Of a DNA stretch of 64,000 bases, positions 1-9,553 are shown in pieces. This DNA is from a virus. The notes below the pieces were generated by a model. The model was given only the letters and a program-made list of their open reading frames with translations, was not told the origin of the DNA and did no database searches. Location: positions 1-64,000 of the IMG/VR virus record IMGVR_UViG_3300025112_000005; one strand, given 5' to 3'. Within the stretch, counting starts at the first letter, position 1. Each line of letters opens with the position of its first letter. A program made the position numbers and the translations under genes.

Positions 1-121
1 GGCGGGAGGCGGTGGATTACTCGTCGGTGCCCTTGCCGGGGTCCTGCTGGTCGTCGTCGCGCTCGACTGACGGAATCATCTGGCTTGTCGGTTGCATCCT
101 TCCGCGCTCCCGCCGCCGGAA

Positions 122-904
122 TCATCTGGCGTGCTCGAATGTGAGTACGTCTTCCACCCTTACCCCCGTACCAGATTTGGCGTTGTAGCGTGCCCACAGA
201 GAGGGAGGCGGCGACCACCCCGTTCTCGACACGATTCTCCAGCCCGCTTCTTGCGCAGTTAGGATGGTGTCAAGATCCAACCGGAGTTCTACTCCGAGGC
301 GCGTCCAGTTCTTAGTGACCGTCGTCATTACCGTACCGCGGGAGAGTAGGTGGACGAAGATTCTTCGTAGGGCATTCCGGTAGATCAAAATTCCGTTTAC
401 ACCCGATGGATCCCCCACAAAGTTATGGATGCGGCCGTCTGCTCCATACCCGGTACGATAACCCACTGCTCTTCCACGCTTTTTGTCGTTGTGGGCCGCC
501 TGCTTGCAACGATCTGTGCGCGGGTAGTACGGCGGCGAAAATATGAGGTGCTCCCTCTCCCATGAGAGCGAGCCGGCATCGGAGAACGAGACCTCACACC
601 CCCTATCCCGCGACAGCGCCAACAAGGGATCCCGCCACCTTGGATCGATGTCGTTCAGCGCAATAGGCAGTCCCGTTTCTTCTGCGATTCTCCCTGTGCC
701 CGCCATCGGATCGCCGACGTTGTCCGTGCCGGCCAAGTCAATGAGGGCTGTGGGCAACCCAGGTGCGTATTTCGCAGGATGCTTGCTAGGCACGAGCCCG
801 CAAGCGGGACGCACAATCAGGTCGTCAAAGTGCTCTCTAAAACGAGGCGGGATTGTGGCGGTTTCGTCATAGGTCCGAAGGTGCTTTGGTACGGGGGAAG
901 CCAT
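122..904 (-). CDS. Putative amino-(N4C/N6A) DNA methyltransferase
   Basis: SAM-binding-like DPMAGTG followed by catalytic-like FSPPYY; region is visibly lower in GC than its neighbours. Confidence 0.65.
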   Translation of the reverse strand: MASPVPKHLRTYDETATIPPRFREHFDDLIVRPACGLVPSKHPAKYAPGLPTALIDLAGTDNVGDPMAGTGRIAEETGLPIALNDIDPRWRDPLLALSRDRGCEVSFSDAGSLSWEREHLIFSPPYYPRTDRCKQAAHNDKKRGRAVGYRTGYGADGRIHNFVGDPSGVNGILIYRNALRRIFVHLLSRGTVMTTVTKNWTRLGVELRLDLDTILTAQEAGWRIVSRTGWSPPPSLWARYNAKSGTGVRVEDVLTFEHAR

Positions 905-1035
905 TCTACTCTCCGTTCTGACTTCGTGTCGCTTCGTTCAGCTTCACGCGACCGTGCAGGACCGTTCGGTCGCTTCGATCCGGTCGGCCAGCGCGAGGAG
1001 CTGGGCCGCCGTTGCGCGCAGCTCTTTTGCGGTGC

Positions 1036-1383
1036 TCACGTGCGTGGGTCCGTAGACGCCCGATCGAACAACTCCCGGGCGAGCCGGGCGGTCTCGGGGG
1101 CGGCGCCCGTGCGTGCGCTCACGTCGTCCAACAGCATGTCCGCGTCGGGCTGCTCCGCCTTGAGCCAGGGCGAGGGACCGTGTACAGAGCTGGCCAGCCG
1201 CACCCGCACGTCACGCAGGAACATCGGGCAGCGCCCGGGGACGGTGGCACAGCGCCGAATGTGGATCGGGAAGCCTTCGCCCAGCGTGCACCGGGGCTCC
1301 TCCTCCTCTACACCAGCCACAAACGGGCAGGTGTCGCAACTCTCGACGAGCACGTTCTCAATCTCCAGGCTCTTCTTCACCAT
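1036..1383 (-). CDS. Small Cys-rich (CxxCPF...C...CP) hypothetical protein
   Basis: CDTCPF...RCTLG...RCP; same Cys pattern as ORF 3628..3855. Confidence 0.55.
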   Translation of the reverse strand: MVKKSLEIENVLVESCDTCPFVAGVEEEEPRCTLGEGFPIHIRRCATVPGRCPMFLRDVRVRLASSVHGPSPWLKAEQPDADMLLDDVSARTGAAPETARLARELFDRASTDPRT

Positions 1384-1784
1384 CTCAGCTCCCTTCGGTA
1401 CTTGCGGGCGTTCGGGATTCGGCTGTCCCGCGCGCTCATTCCCTCCGGCGAGGGCACGATGCGCAGGACCAGCCCGCGGTCGCCCCCGCTCACGCGGCGG
1501 GCTTGCACGCGCTCCACGGTCACGTCGCCGCGGGTCACGGTGATGCGCGTCGTCTCCGCGCGGTACTGGTAGCTCATGGGGACGGCGCCCCCGTCGACCA
1601 CGGCGCGCGCCTCACCCGTGCGCCCCAGGCGCCGGGCGTGCATCGCAGCCTCGCGGTAGAGCGCAATCGCGTGTGTCACGTCGTCGCGGGTGCAGAGGCG
1701 TTCGCGGTGCCCCTCCTGCACCACGACCAGCTCGTTGCAGGCGTTGTTGATCAGGGTCGTGGTCAGCCGGCGCGGCGCGCTCAT
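1377..1784 (-). CDS. Hypothetical protein
   Basis: Plausible ATG at 1784 (MSAPRRLTT...); abuts the downstream gene. Confidence 0.5.
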   Translation of the reverse strand: MSAPRRLTTTLINNACNELVVVQEGHRERLCTRDDVTHAIALYREAAMHARRLGRTGEARAVVDGGAVPMSYQYRAETTRITVTRGDVTVERVQARRVSGGDRGLVLRIVPSPEGMSARDSRIPNARKYRRELRW

Positions 1785-2940
1785 CGGCGGGTTTGCCGGA
1801 TCATCGGTCCCTCCGCGGCGCGGCCATGATGTGGCCGCCCGTGTCCAGCAGGTAGTCGAGCGCGCGCACCACGCGGGTCGCCTCGGGGCGGACGCGCAGC
1901 AGCTCGCGAAGCTGGCGGAGCGTGACCTGTCCACCTTGCCCGGGGTCCCAGCCCAGCACGTGCTCCGCGCCCTCTTCAATCGCCTCAATCTCGCGGCGGG
2001 CCTCTTCGGGGGTCCAGTGGCTCACGTCCCCTCCAGTGCCAAGGCCAGTGCTTCCTCACGGCAGGCGTGCTCCGAAAGCACGGCCACTAGGCGCTCCCCT
2101 AGATCGCGCGCTTCGTCGTCAGTCACGGATTCTCCGGTGGTTGCACCCAGAAACCCCGCCGCGACCGAAGCCAGGGCGGGGTGGGTGGGCGCGCGGCGGC
2201 GCGGGCTGCTACCGGGGCACATCAGCAGCGCAAGGGCTATTTGTAGCCTGGGGAGCATTCATCCTGAGATTCGATCTTCCGCAGTTGACGCAGCACCACA
2301 GCCTTGCTCCAGAGGGAAACTCGACAGGCTCGAAGACGTTTCCTCTGGGGCTCTCAGCCGCAGCCCTGCCGGGCTGACAGCTGAAGCACCGGCCGCGCCG
2401 GGTTTTTTGCGACAGGAGGATGCCGCCACTCTCTACCGTTACAAGCATCTGTCGTTTCCTCCGTTGCTACCGCAGCTCCTCCGCGCCAATCGCTCGGAGC
2501 CATGCGCGGTCGAATTCCGCCCGCGCCATGCGCGTCTCTGCGCCGGTCTCGCCTTTGATGTCGTCCCGTTCCGCGTTCGCCGCGAACGCTCGGCGACCGA
2601 GCGCGACCGCCCGCGCCTTTCGCCGCGCTTTCGCCGCGTCGTTCCCGGTCGTCGTATCCGAAAGCCTACTCATCCCAATCCTCGGCCTGCTCCTGCTCGC
2701 GAGCCTCGAACCACCCCAGCGACCAGTCGCTGTGCTCCCAGGAATCGGCCGGGAACGGGTTGGTGACCATTAGCCGGCTCACGCGCGTGCCTCGCTGGTA
2801 GGCGCTCTTGCCTCGCTGGTAGGCGTCCGATGCGCGGCCGATGTTCGGGTACTTCATTTGTCCTCCGTTGCTGCTTCTGGCGCCCCGTTTTGAGCGCCCA
2901 CAGAGGTTGTCCCACAACACCGCGCCCCTATGCAACATTT

Positions 2941-2952
2941 TATTTGGTCAAG
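2941..2952 (-). promoter_or_regulatory. TTGACCAnnTA motif (putative phage promoter/operator), copy 1
   Basis: CTTGACCAAATA on the minus strand in an intergenic gap; flank resembles 13403-13414 (shared ...TTGCATAGGG...TGTGGGACA). Confidence 0.6.
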
Positions 2953-3018
2953 CTGCGCGGAGCACCGCAAACCCCCGCCGCGCGGGTGTGTGCGCGGTGC
3001 GTCAACCGGGCGCTTACG

Positions 3019-3609
3019 CTACGGGTCGACGACCTGTGAATCGCAGATCCAGCTCAGCGTCGTGAGCCGCGTCTGGAGCTTCGGGCTCTTGGTCCAGAAG
3101 AACCACGCGTAGTCGGCGGAGTCGGACCCCTTGCCGGTGAAGCTGGGGCGCTTCGCCAGCGTGACGACGGCGCGGGGCGTGTTGGCTACCCAGAACGGCA
3201 TACGCGCTTGCGAGCCCATGAACCCCAGGCGCAGGAGCGCCAGCACGCTGTCCGCTTCCTCCACCCCCTTCACGACCCACTCCAGCGCATCGCGGTATGG
3301 CGGGTTCATCAGGACGTGTTCCCCGCGCCAGCCCAGCGCCAGCCCGTCGCCTTGGTTGAGGCGCAGCGGGACCGTGCGCGACGCGGGCGCGTTCGCCGCG
3401 CGCACCAGCTCGGGGTCCAGCTCCACGCCGCGGATCTGGTTCGGCACGGGGCACGCGCGCATCAGCGCCCCGTCCCCCCCGCAGGGGTCGAGGGTCGGGT
3501 GGGGCAGTCCCGGGTGCGTTCGGTACAGCTCGCGCACGCACCACTCGGGGGTGCGGTAGAAGTCGCGCGCGTCGCGCTGGGGGTCGCTCGTCCCTCTAGT
3601 GCTGCTCAT
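3019..3609 (-). CDS. DNA adenine methyltransferase (N6A, NPPY type)
   Basis: DFYRTP, LDPCGGDG (motif I), GVELD, NPPY (motif IV), C-terminal YAWFFW typical of small phage MTases. Confidence 0.85.
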   Translation of the reverse strand: MSSTRGTSDPQRDARDFYRTPEWCVRELYRTHPGLPHPTLDPCGGDGALMRACPVPNQIRGVELDPELVRAANAPASRTVPLRLNQGDGLALGWRGEHVLMNPPYRDALEWVVKGVEEADSVLALLRLGFMGSQARMPFWVANTPRAVVTLAKRPSFTGKGSDSADYAWFFWTKSPKLQTRLTTLSWICDSQVVDP

Positions 3610-3627
3610 CTCGTCGTCTCCTCCGGT

Positions 3628-3855
3628 TCATCGGGCCTCCTTCTTGAGTTGCACGATCCGGGTCTCCCGCCGCAACGGGCAGTGTGGCGGCAGCTCGGGT
3701 CCCACGGGCTCGCCCAGCAGGTTGCACTCCAGCCCGCGCGCGATGGCGTTGCCGTCCAGGCGCGGAGCACCGAAGGGGCAGTCGCCGCAGCACGTCACCT
3801 CGGAGACGGCCACGGACACGCCGGGCGGGGCGGGCAGCGGGGGGCGGTCGCTCAC
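3628..3855 (-). CDS. Small Cys-rich hypothetical protein
   Basis: CGDCPF...ECNLLG...HCPL; start overlaps the polymerase stop. Confidence 0.55.
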   Translation of the reverse strand: MSDRPPLPAPPGVSVAVSEVTCCGDCPFGAPRLDGNAIARGLECNLLGEPVGPELPPHCPLRRETRIVQLKKEAR

Positions 3856-5672
3856 CCGGCGACCATCAGGCGCCCGTGCTCGTTGCGAATCGTCTTCGCG
3901 CCCTTCTGCCAGCGCCGCATCAAGTACGGATCCGCATCGTGCTTCACGTCGGGGGCCACCACGCTCATCTCCTGCACCATCACCTGCGCCAGCTCGTCGG
4001 CAGCCTCGGGGGCTTGCTCCTCCGGCCCCTCGGCCACCAGCTCATCGTGCACGTACACGTTGAGCCGGGTCCCGTACAGCGCGCTGGAGCGGTCGAGGAG
4101 TTGCCGGCGCGTCACCTCGTACAGCGCGCGCTTCCCGCCGTCGGCGGTGAGCCCCTGAAACAGCGTGTTGCAGCCGTCCGTGTAGCCCGTGCGCCCGCGC
4201 AAGCGGCCAGAGTAGGGCTGCACGAACGTCGTAGGACCGTTGGAGACCTTGCGCGAGACCCAGGAAAAGTACCCGCGCATGGATGGGAAGGTGTCGAGCC
4301 ACATCCGGCGCAGCTCTTTGCTCCGCTGCACGCTCAGCGAAACGCCGTAGCCTTCGGCGTAGCCTACGAACGTTTCCGCGCCCAAACCACCCGGAAAACC
4401 GAAGTTCTGGGCCTTCGCGAGCTGGCGCATTTCCTTCATCTGCGCGTCGCCTGCGTCGTATCGCGCCTTGGCAGTCTCGTAGCCCACGTTGATCACGCGG
4501 CCACCCGTGAGCACGTGCAAGTCCTGCCCAGCGTTCAGCGCGGTGCGCATCTCGTTGGGGCCGAAGATGTTGTAAAGCACCTGCGCGAGCGAGCGCAGCT
4601 CCGCGATGCTGTAGTCGGCGCCGAAGAAGACGTTTCCATCGCGCGGGACCACGCACTCACGCACGCCCGACCGGCGCGGGAGCTGCTGGGCGTTCGGCCC
4701 GCGGCAGCTCGTGCGGCCGGAGCGCACGAGCACGTTCCAGTAGGGGCAGACGGGCAGCCCCGTGCGCGCGGCTTCCAGCAGCATCGGCAGGAACGCGGCC
4801 AGCTCCTTTTCGTTCTTCGCGATGCTGGCGAGCTTCCGCAGCACGGGGTCGCCGCTGTCTTCGAGCACTTCCTCCGCCGTCTTCACCTGCCCCATCGGGA
4901 AGCGCTCGGACGGGTCGGTCATGGGCGGGTGCCCGTCGTACGCGCGGGTGATCAGCGCCTTGAGCAGCTCGGTGTCCTTGGTCCCGTTGGGTCGGTAGAT
5001 CCCCAACTTGGCCAGCTCGGCGCGGACTACCTCCACGGGCGGACGCAGCCGGGCGTCCAACGCGTGCACGCGGGGGGCGTCGACACGGAAGCCCCAGCAG
5101 CGCATGACGTGCAGCGCCCAGGCGGCCCGCATCTGGGCATCCAGGTCGGGCACCTGCCATTCCTGCTGAGCCACGAACACGTCGCGGCTGGTGAGCGCGT
5201 CCGTGACCGGATACTCCCGGGCTCGCGCGGGCCAGTTGGCGACGGGGGTCCCGATCAGCTTGCGGTAGTGGAAGCGCCACGCGTCGCCGCGCTTCTTGCC
5301 GTCGAGCTTCTGCCCCAGCCACATCTCGCTCATCACGTCGAGCCCGTGCTGGGGGCGCGTCTGCTTGCCGGCGATGTAATGGAGTTGGGAGAGCACCTGG
5401 GTGCAGCCGATGCGGCCCGCGTCGAGCGCAGTGAAGATGTGCGGGAGGATGCGGGGGTCATGCTGGACGAGCACGCCCAGATCGTAGACGACGTTTGAGC
5501 CCACCACGTAGGTGTCGGGGTCCTTGAACGCGTCGCGTATGCGGCGCCAGCCCACGTCAGGGTCGTCTATACCGGCCTGTTTGGGGTTCGCCCAGGTCAG
5601 GCACGCCATCGGGGGCGCTTGCCTCCCGGGGGCGGTCAGGGCCGTCTCAGTGTCGAATGCGAGGAGCTTCAT
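3852..5672 (-). CDS. polA: DNA polymerase family A with 3'-5' exonuclease
   Basis: ExoI AFDTET; SGRTSC..PNAQQLPR; motif A ADYSIAELR; motif B RQLAKAQNFG; motif C VHDE; likely start ATG 5672 (MKLLAF). Confidence 0.95.
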   Translation of the reverse strand: MKLLAFDTETALTAPGRQAPPMACLTWANPKQAGIDDPDVGWRRIRDAFKDPDTYVVGSNVVYDLGVLVQHDPRILPHIFTALDAGRIGCTQVLSQLHYIAGKQTRPQHGLDVMSEMWLGQKLDGKKRGDAWRFHYRKLIGTPVANWPARAREYPVTDALTSRDVFVAQQEWQVPDLDAQMRAAWALHVMRCWGFRVDAPRVHALDARLRPPVEVVRAELAKLGIYRPNGTKDTELLKALITRAYDGHPPMTDPSERFPMGQVKTAEEVLEDSGDPVLRKLASIAKNEKELAAFLPMLLEAARTGLPVCPYWNVLVRSGRTSCRGPNAQQLPRRSGVRECVVPRDGNVFFGADYSIAELRSLAQVLYNIFGPNEMRTALNAGQDLHVLTGGRVINVGYETAKARYDAGDAQMKEMRQLAKAQNFGFPGGLGAETFVGYAEGYGVSLSVQRSKELRRMWLDTFPSMRGYFSWVSRKVSNGPTTFVQPYSGRLRGRTGYTDGCNTLFQGLTADGGKRALYEVTRRQLLDRSSALYGTRLNVYVHDELVAEGPEEQAPEAADELAQVMVQEMSVVAPDVKHDADPYLMRRWQKGAKTIRNEHGRLMVAG

Positions 5673-6019
5673 GGTCCCACGTCCCACTGCTAGTTCACGG
5701 GTTGTCATCAGGCCTCGCCTTGTAGGCCGCGTCCTCAGCAGCCTCCTTTGCTGCACGCACGGTGTGCGCTGTCGAGTCGCTGCGCGTTCCGTCTGCCGCG
5801 TCAGCAGACCAATCCCACGACCACTCGCCCCAGCACACCACGAGGTCGATGTCCTGGTGCCTAGCCTCAAAGCGCGTACCTCTCACTGTCTCGTATCGCG
5901 CCCACTCAATCACGTCGTTCAAAACGGCTCCTCGTCTTCTGGAAGCTGGGGACCGACGACGCGCCCGACCGGGTGTCCCGGGGTCGAGCGCGCCGACGGT
6001 CGAGCTATGCCGCGTCGAG

Positions 6020-6478
6020 CTATGCCGTCGGCGGTGGCGCGAACGTGTTCACGCGGATGGAACCGCCCGTCAGCTCACCCGTGGGCGTCTTCTGGTCCTT
6101 GTCGTAGACGACCGAGAACACCGCGCAACCCTTCGCGGGCTGGTCGTCTTCGCACATCGCCTCCACCATCGGCCCGTTGATGTCGTCGGGCGCCTCTCCG
6201 TCCGTCAAGGCGTTGGCCAATGACTTGATGTCGCGGTCGTAGTAGTGCGAGCCGCGGGTGGCCATGAAGCACACACGGGGGGCGGCACCCTCCGGCCCGC
6301 TGAGCACCGCGAAGTCGGCCGCGAAGCACGCCACCTTGGCGCGGGTCAAGAACCCACGCAGCTCCAGCACCTCCAGCATGTAGTCACCGGGGGGCTGCTG
6401 GTTCAGGAAGGGGTAGCGGTCGTGGCCGGGCAGGTCAGCGTCGCCCACGTCATCGAATTGGCCGGGAACGTATCCCAT
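6020..6478 (-). CDS. Possible ssDNA-binding/annealing protein
   Basis: About 152 aa acidic, beta-rich protein (PPGDYMLEV) between helicase and polymerase; function inferred from position. Confidence 0.4.
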   Translation of the reverse strand: MGYVPGQFDDVGDADLPGHDRYPFLNQQPPGDYMLEVLELRGFLTRAKVACFAADFAVLSGPEGAAPRVCFMATRGSHYYDRDIKSLANALTDGEAPDDINGPMVEAMCEDDQPAKGCAVFSVVYDKDQKTPTGELTGGSIRVNTFAPPPTA

Positions 6479-6525
6479 TGGTCTATCTCCAGGTCTCTTG
6501 TTGCGTGTCTCTTGTTGCGTGTACT

Positions 6526-8364
6526 TTAGTCTATGTCGGCGTAACAGAGCTTCTGGGTCGCCCCGGTCGTCTGTTCGAGCATTCGGGCATTCGTCCGCGC
6601 CCCCCGAAACGCCTCGCTCATCACGGCGCAGTGTGTGTAAACGTCGGCGGTCACCTCCTCCACATCGCGTGTCTTCCCGGGCGGGGGCGGCCGATGTGTC
6701 CGCCCCAGCAGTTGCTCCCACATCTCACCGGATGAGGGGCACTCGATGATCAGGTTACTTGACCAGTTAGTCAAGTTCAAACCGACAGTGTGCGAAAGCA
6801 CACTGAGCGCCACGGACTGGTCGCCTTCCAGGGGCGGGTCGTCGCCCGCTCGAACCACGGTGCAGCCCAGCGTTTCGAGCGCGTCGGCGACCGCGCGCGA
6901 CTCGTACCAGAGCAGCCGCCCGCGACCGCCCGCGAGCCACGCCGCGGCGTCGCGCATCAGGAAGTCGGACACCCAGACGGGGACCGTGGGGGGTGGGTCT
7001 GGTCGTCGCAGTCGTTGTTCGCGCCACTCGACCAGCGCGCGCCCCATCTCCCCCGTGCGCTCGCCGCGGGCCATGCGCCGGTCCAGCTCGTTGGTCACCA
7101 ACAACGCGGAATCGTAGTGCTCGCGGCTATTGGTGCGCAGCTCGGCGCGCAGCTGGCGGTGCCACTCGCGCCGGGCGTCCATCCACTCCAGGTCCGGCCC
7201 CTCTTCGCCCCAATCCCAGCGGTACCAGAAGCCGCTGGCGAGCTGGCGGAGGGTCCGGCTCTCGCTCAAATCGTCTTCGAACACCTCGCCATCGGGGCGC
7301 GCGCCCAGCTCCTCGACCGTGCGCATGGCCCCCAGCACCTCGGTCGGGGGGGCGGGGTCTCGCAGGCGCCGGATTTGAAGGCTCAGGTCTAGCGCCCCCT
7401 CCGCGCTCGCCACGACACCGGGGCAGCTACGCAACCGCTCGCTGAACGCGCGCCGCGCGCGCTGCTGGGCGGGGAGCAGCGCGGCGTTGGGACCCGCGAA
7501 GTCAAGCAGCGGGCGCAGTGTGCCCCAGCTCCCCGCGTTCGGGATCCCGCGGTCGTCTATCCAGTCGCACCACGCTTGCAGGTGCGACGTGCTCCGGGGC
7601 AGGGGCGAGCGGTCGCGTAGCGCGACGGCGGACAGCGTCGCCGCGTCCTTCAGGCTTCGGCTGATCAGGGTCCCGCTGGTGACGATGTAGCGCACCCCTT
7701 TGAGCGCCTTCCAGGCGCGCAGGAACCGCTTCGTCCGCGCTGCCTCGGGGCGCTTGAGCTTGTGGGCCTCGTCCAGCACCACCAGGGCGCGCTCCGGGGG
7801 CCATCCGATCCATTCCGCCAAGGCAGCGGACGCGGTGGGCTGCGACAGCTCGCTGTAGCTGCGCACGGTGATGTTGGGCGGCAGCTCCCAATGGGCGGCC
7901 ATCTCGATCACGGCGCGGCGCGTCTGGTTCACGCACCCCGCGTTAGTGAGGTAGAGCACGCGGTCCACGGGGCGGCTGTGCGGTACCTCGACGGGCCACG
8001 CGCTCGCGGGCAGGCTCAGCGCCTTGCCAGCGAGGAGCCCGATCAGGGTCTTGCCGTGGCCCACCCCGATCGGGGCCACGAGCCCGCCCGCATCGCGCAG
8101 CGCGTACAACGCGGCGGATTGGAGCGGGCGCAGCGCCATCTGCCCGTCCGGGGCCTTGAGCATGTCGGTCAGGTCGACCCCGGTGTAGTCGGTGCGGGGG
8201 AGCTGGGCGATGCGCTGCGTCTCGGGCGGCGGTGCCTTGCGTACGCGCGTCCGCGCCAGCAGCTCGTTCAAGGGCGGCCCGGGGTGATCGGGCGGCGTCT
8301 GCGCGCGGAGCTGGGTATCGCGCCGGGCGCGGAGCCGGGCGCGGAGCTGAGCGGCGGTCGTCAT
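6526..8364 (-). CDS. SF2 (SNF2-like) helicase
   Basis: LRPLQ Q-motif, GVGHGKT Walker A, DEAH, TSGT motif III, GLNL motif V, EQLLGRTHR motif VI. Confidence 0.88.
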   Translation of the reverse strand: MTTAAQLRARLRARRDTQLRAQTPPDHPGPPLNELLARTRVRKAPPPETQRIAQLPRTDYTGVDLTDMLKAPDGQMALRPLQSAALYALRDAGGLVAPIGVGHGKTLIGLLAGKALSLPASAWPVEVPHSRPVDRVLYLTNAGCVNQTRRAVIEMAAHWELPPNITVRSYSELSQPTASAALAEWIGWPPERALVVLDEAHKLKRPEAARTKRFLRAWKALKGVRYIVTSGTLISRSLKDAATLSAVALRDRSPLPRSTSHLQAWCDWIDDRGIPNAGSWGTLRPLLDFAGPNAALLPAQQRARRAFSERLRSCPGVVASAEGALDLSLQIRRLRDPAPPTEVLGAMRTVEELGARPDGEVFEDDLSESRTLRQLASGFWYRWDWGEEGPDLEWMDARREWHRQLRAELRTNSREHYDSALLVTNELDRRMARGERTGEMGRALVEWREQRLRRPDPPPTVPVWVSDFLMRDAAAWLAGGRGRLLWYESRAVADALETLGCTVVRAGDDPPLEGDQSVALSVLSHTVGLNLTNWSSNLIIECPSSGEMWEQLLGRTHRPPPPGKTRDVEEVTADVYTHCAVMSEAFRGARTNARMLEQTTGATQKLCYADID

Positions 8365-9241
8365 CGGAGGATCCACCACGCCACGAGGTTGCCGCACACG
8401 AGCCCCAGCGCCATCGCGCGCCACGGGAACGTCCAGGGGCGCGGGGACGGCGTCGCGTCCCGCACGCTCTCCATGATGAGGCGTTGTTCGCTGCTCACGT
8501 CCCCAGGTACTCCCAGGCGCCGGAGCCGATGCCTACGCCGTACTCCCAGGCGCCGGAGCTGATACCTACGCCGCACTCGCTGGCTAGCACTGTCGCCCAC
8601 CACAGCCCTTTACGCCGCTCAAGCGGCGGGTACGGCGCGTGCTCCCCGTCAATGCGTCGGATGCGTGCGCCGTCAGGCAGCGTATTCGCTTCATCGCGTG
8701 TGAGCACGTCGCCGGGCTTCATGTGGTCGTCTCCTCGGCGCGCTTCTCCGCCAGCTCCGCGGCCAGCTCTTTCGCCAGCGCCTTCTCGTCGCGAACTTGC
8801 ATCGAGCTGGCGGTGATTTCGGTCCACACGCGCCGGGTGCGCCCGCGCCATTCCCCGTGTGCCTTGGTGCGCACGCCCACGAGGATGATCGGGCGCTTGC
8901 GCCGGACCAGCATCCACAGCAGCCCCATGACCGCGCGCCAGCCCAGGGGGCCGAACGTGAGCGGGTGGGTCTGCGAGTGCGCTACCTCCTCGGGGCTGGG
9001 CGCGCGCTTCGCCTTCGCCGTTCCCATCAGGGGGTCTCCAGCAGGTTCAGCAGCGCGGTCAGCGTGTCGACCCAATCGGGCTGGCCCGTGTCCAGCGCCC
9101 AGGTCCAGCTCGTCTTGCCCGTCGCGTCGGTCGTGACGACGGTAACCGTGGTGGTTTTCTCTTCGTCGGAGCTGGTGACGGCTTCGACCTTGCCGCGGGG
9201 GTTGAACGCCACGCGGGCGCCGTCGGTGGTGCGGAACCGGA

Positions 9242-9553
9242 TCACGACGCCTCCTTGGCCTTGCCGCGCGCGGCGGCGTTTCGGGCGGCGATGAACGCGC
9301 GCACGGCGCAGTCCTTCGCCTCCAGCAGCTTGCGCAGCCCCGCGTTGGTCTCCTCGTAGGCGGCGGCGGGGAATGACTCCCCGTGCAGATCCACACGCAT
9401 CGCCTCGATGGCGACCCCGTACGCAAGGTGGGTGTACGGGGCGGACACCGCTTGCAGGTGCGGCATCAGGTGCGAGTGCTCGAAGAACGTCAGGACGGGG
9501 AACACGTCCGCGGCAGCAGCTCGGGCGCTGGCCCCTCCCTCGGCAGCGCTCAC
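9242..9553 (-). CDS. Small conserved helical phage protein (possibly Acb2/Tad1-hairpin-like)
   Basis: FFEHSHLMPHLQAVS...GLRKLLEAKDCAVRA pattern recognised as a widespread phage family; sponge function is inference. Confidence 0.5.
   Translation of the reverse strand: MSAAEGGASARAAAADVFPVLTFFEHSHLMPHLQAVSAPYTHLAYGVAIEAMRVDLHGESFPAAAYEETNAGLRKLLEAKDCAVRAFIAARNAAARGKAKEAS

Noticed and set aside
3852-5672. LxKA occurrences in the polymerase (LLKA, LAKA) as protease sites
   Set aside because: They lie inside conserved folded motifs of a non-virion protein; they show the motif also arises by chance, so only border-located sites were counted
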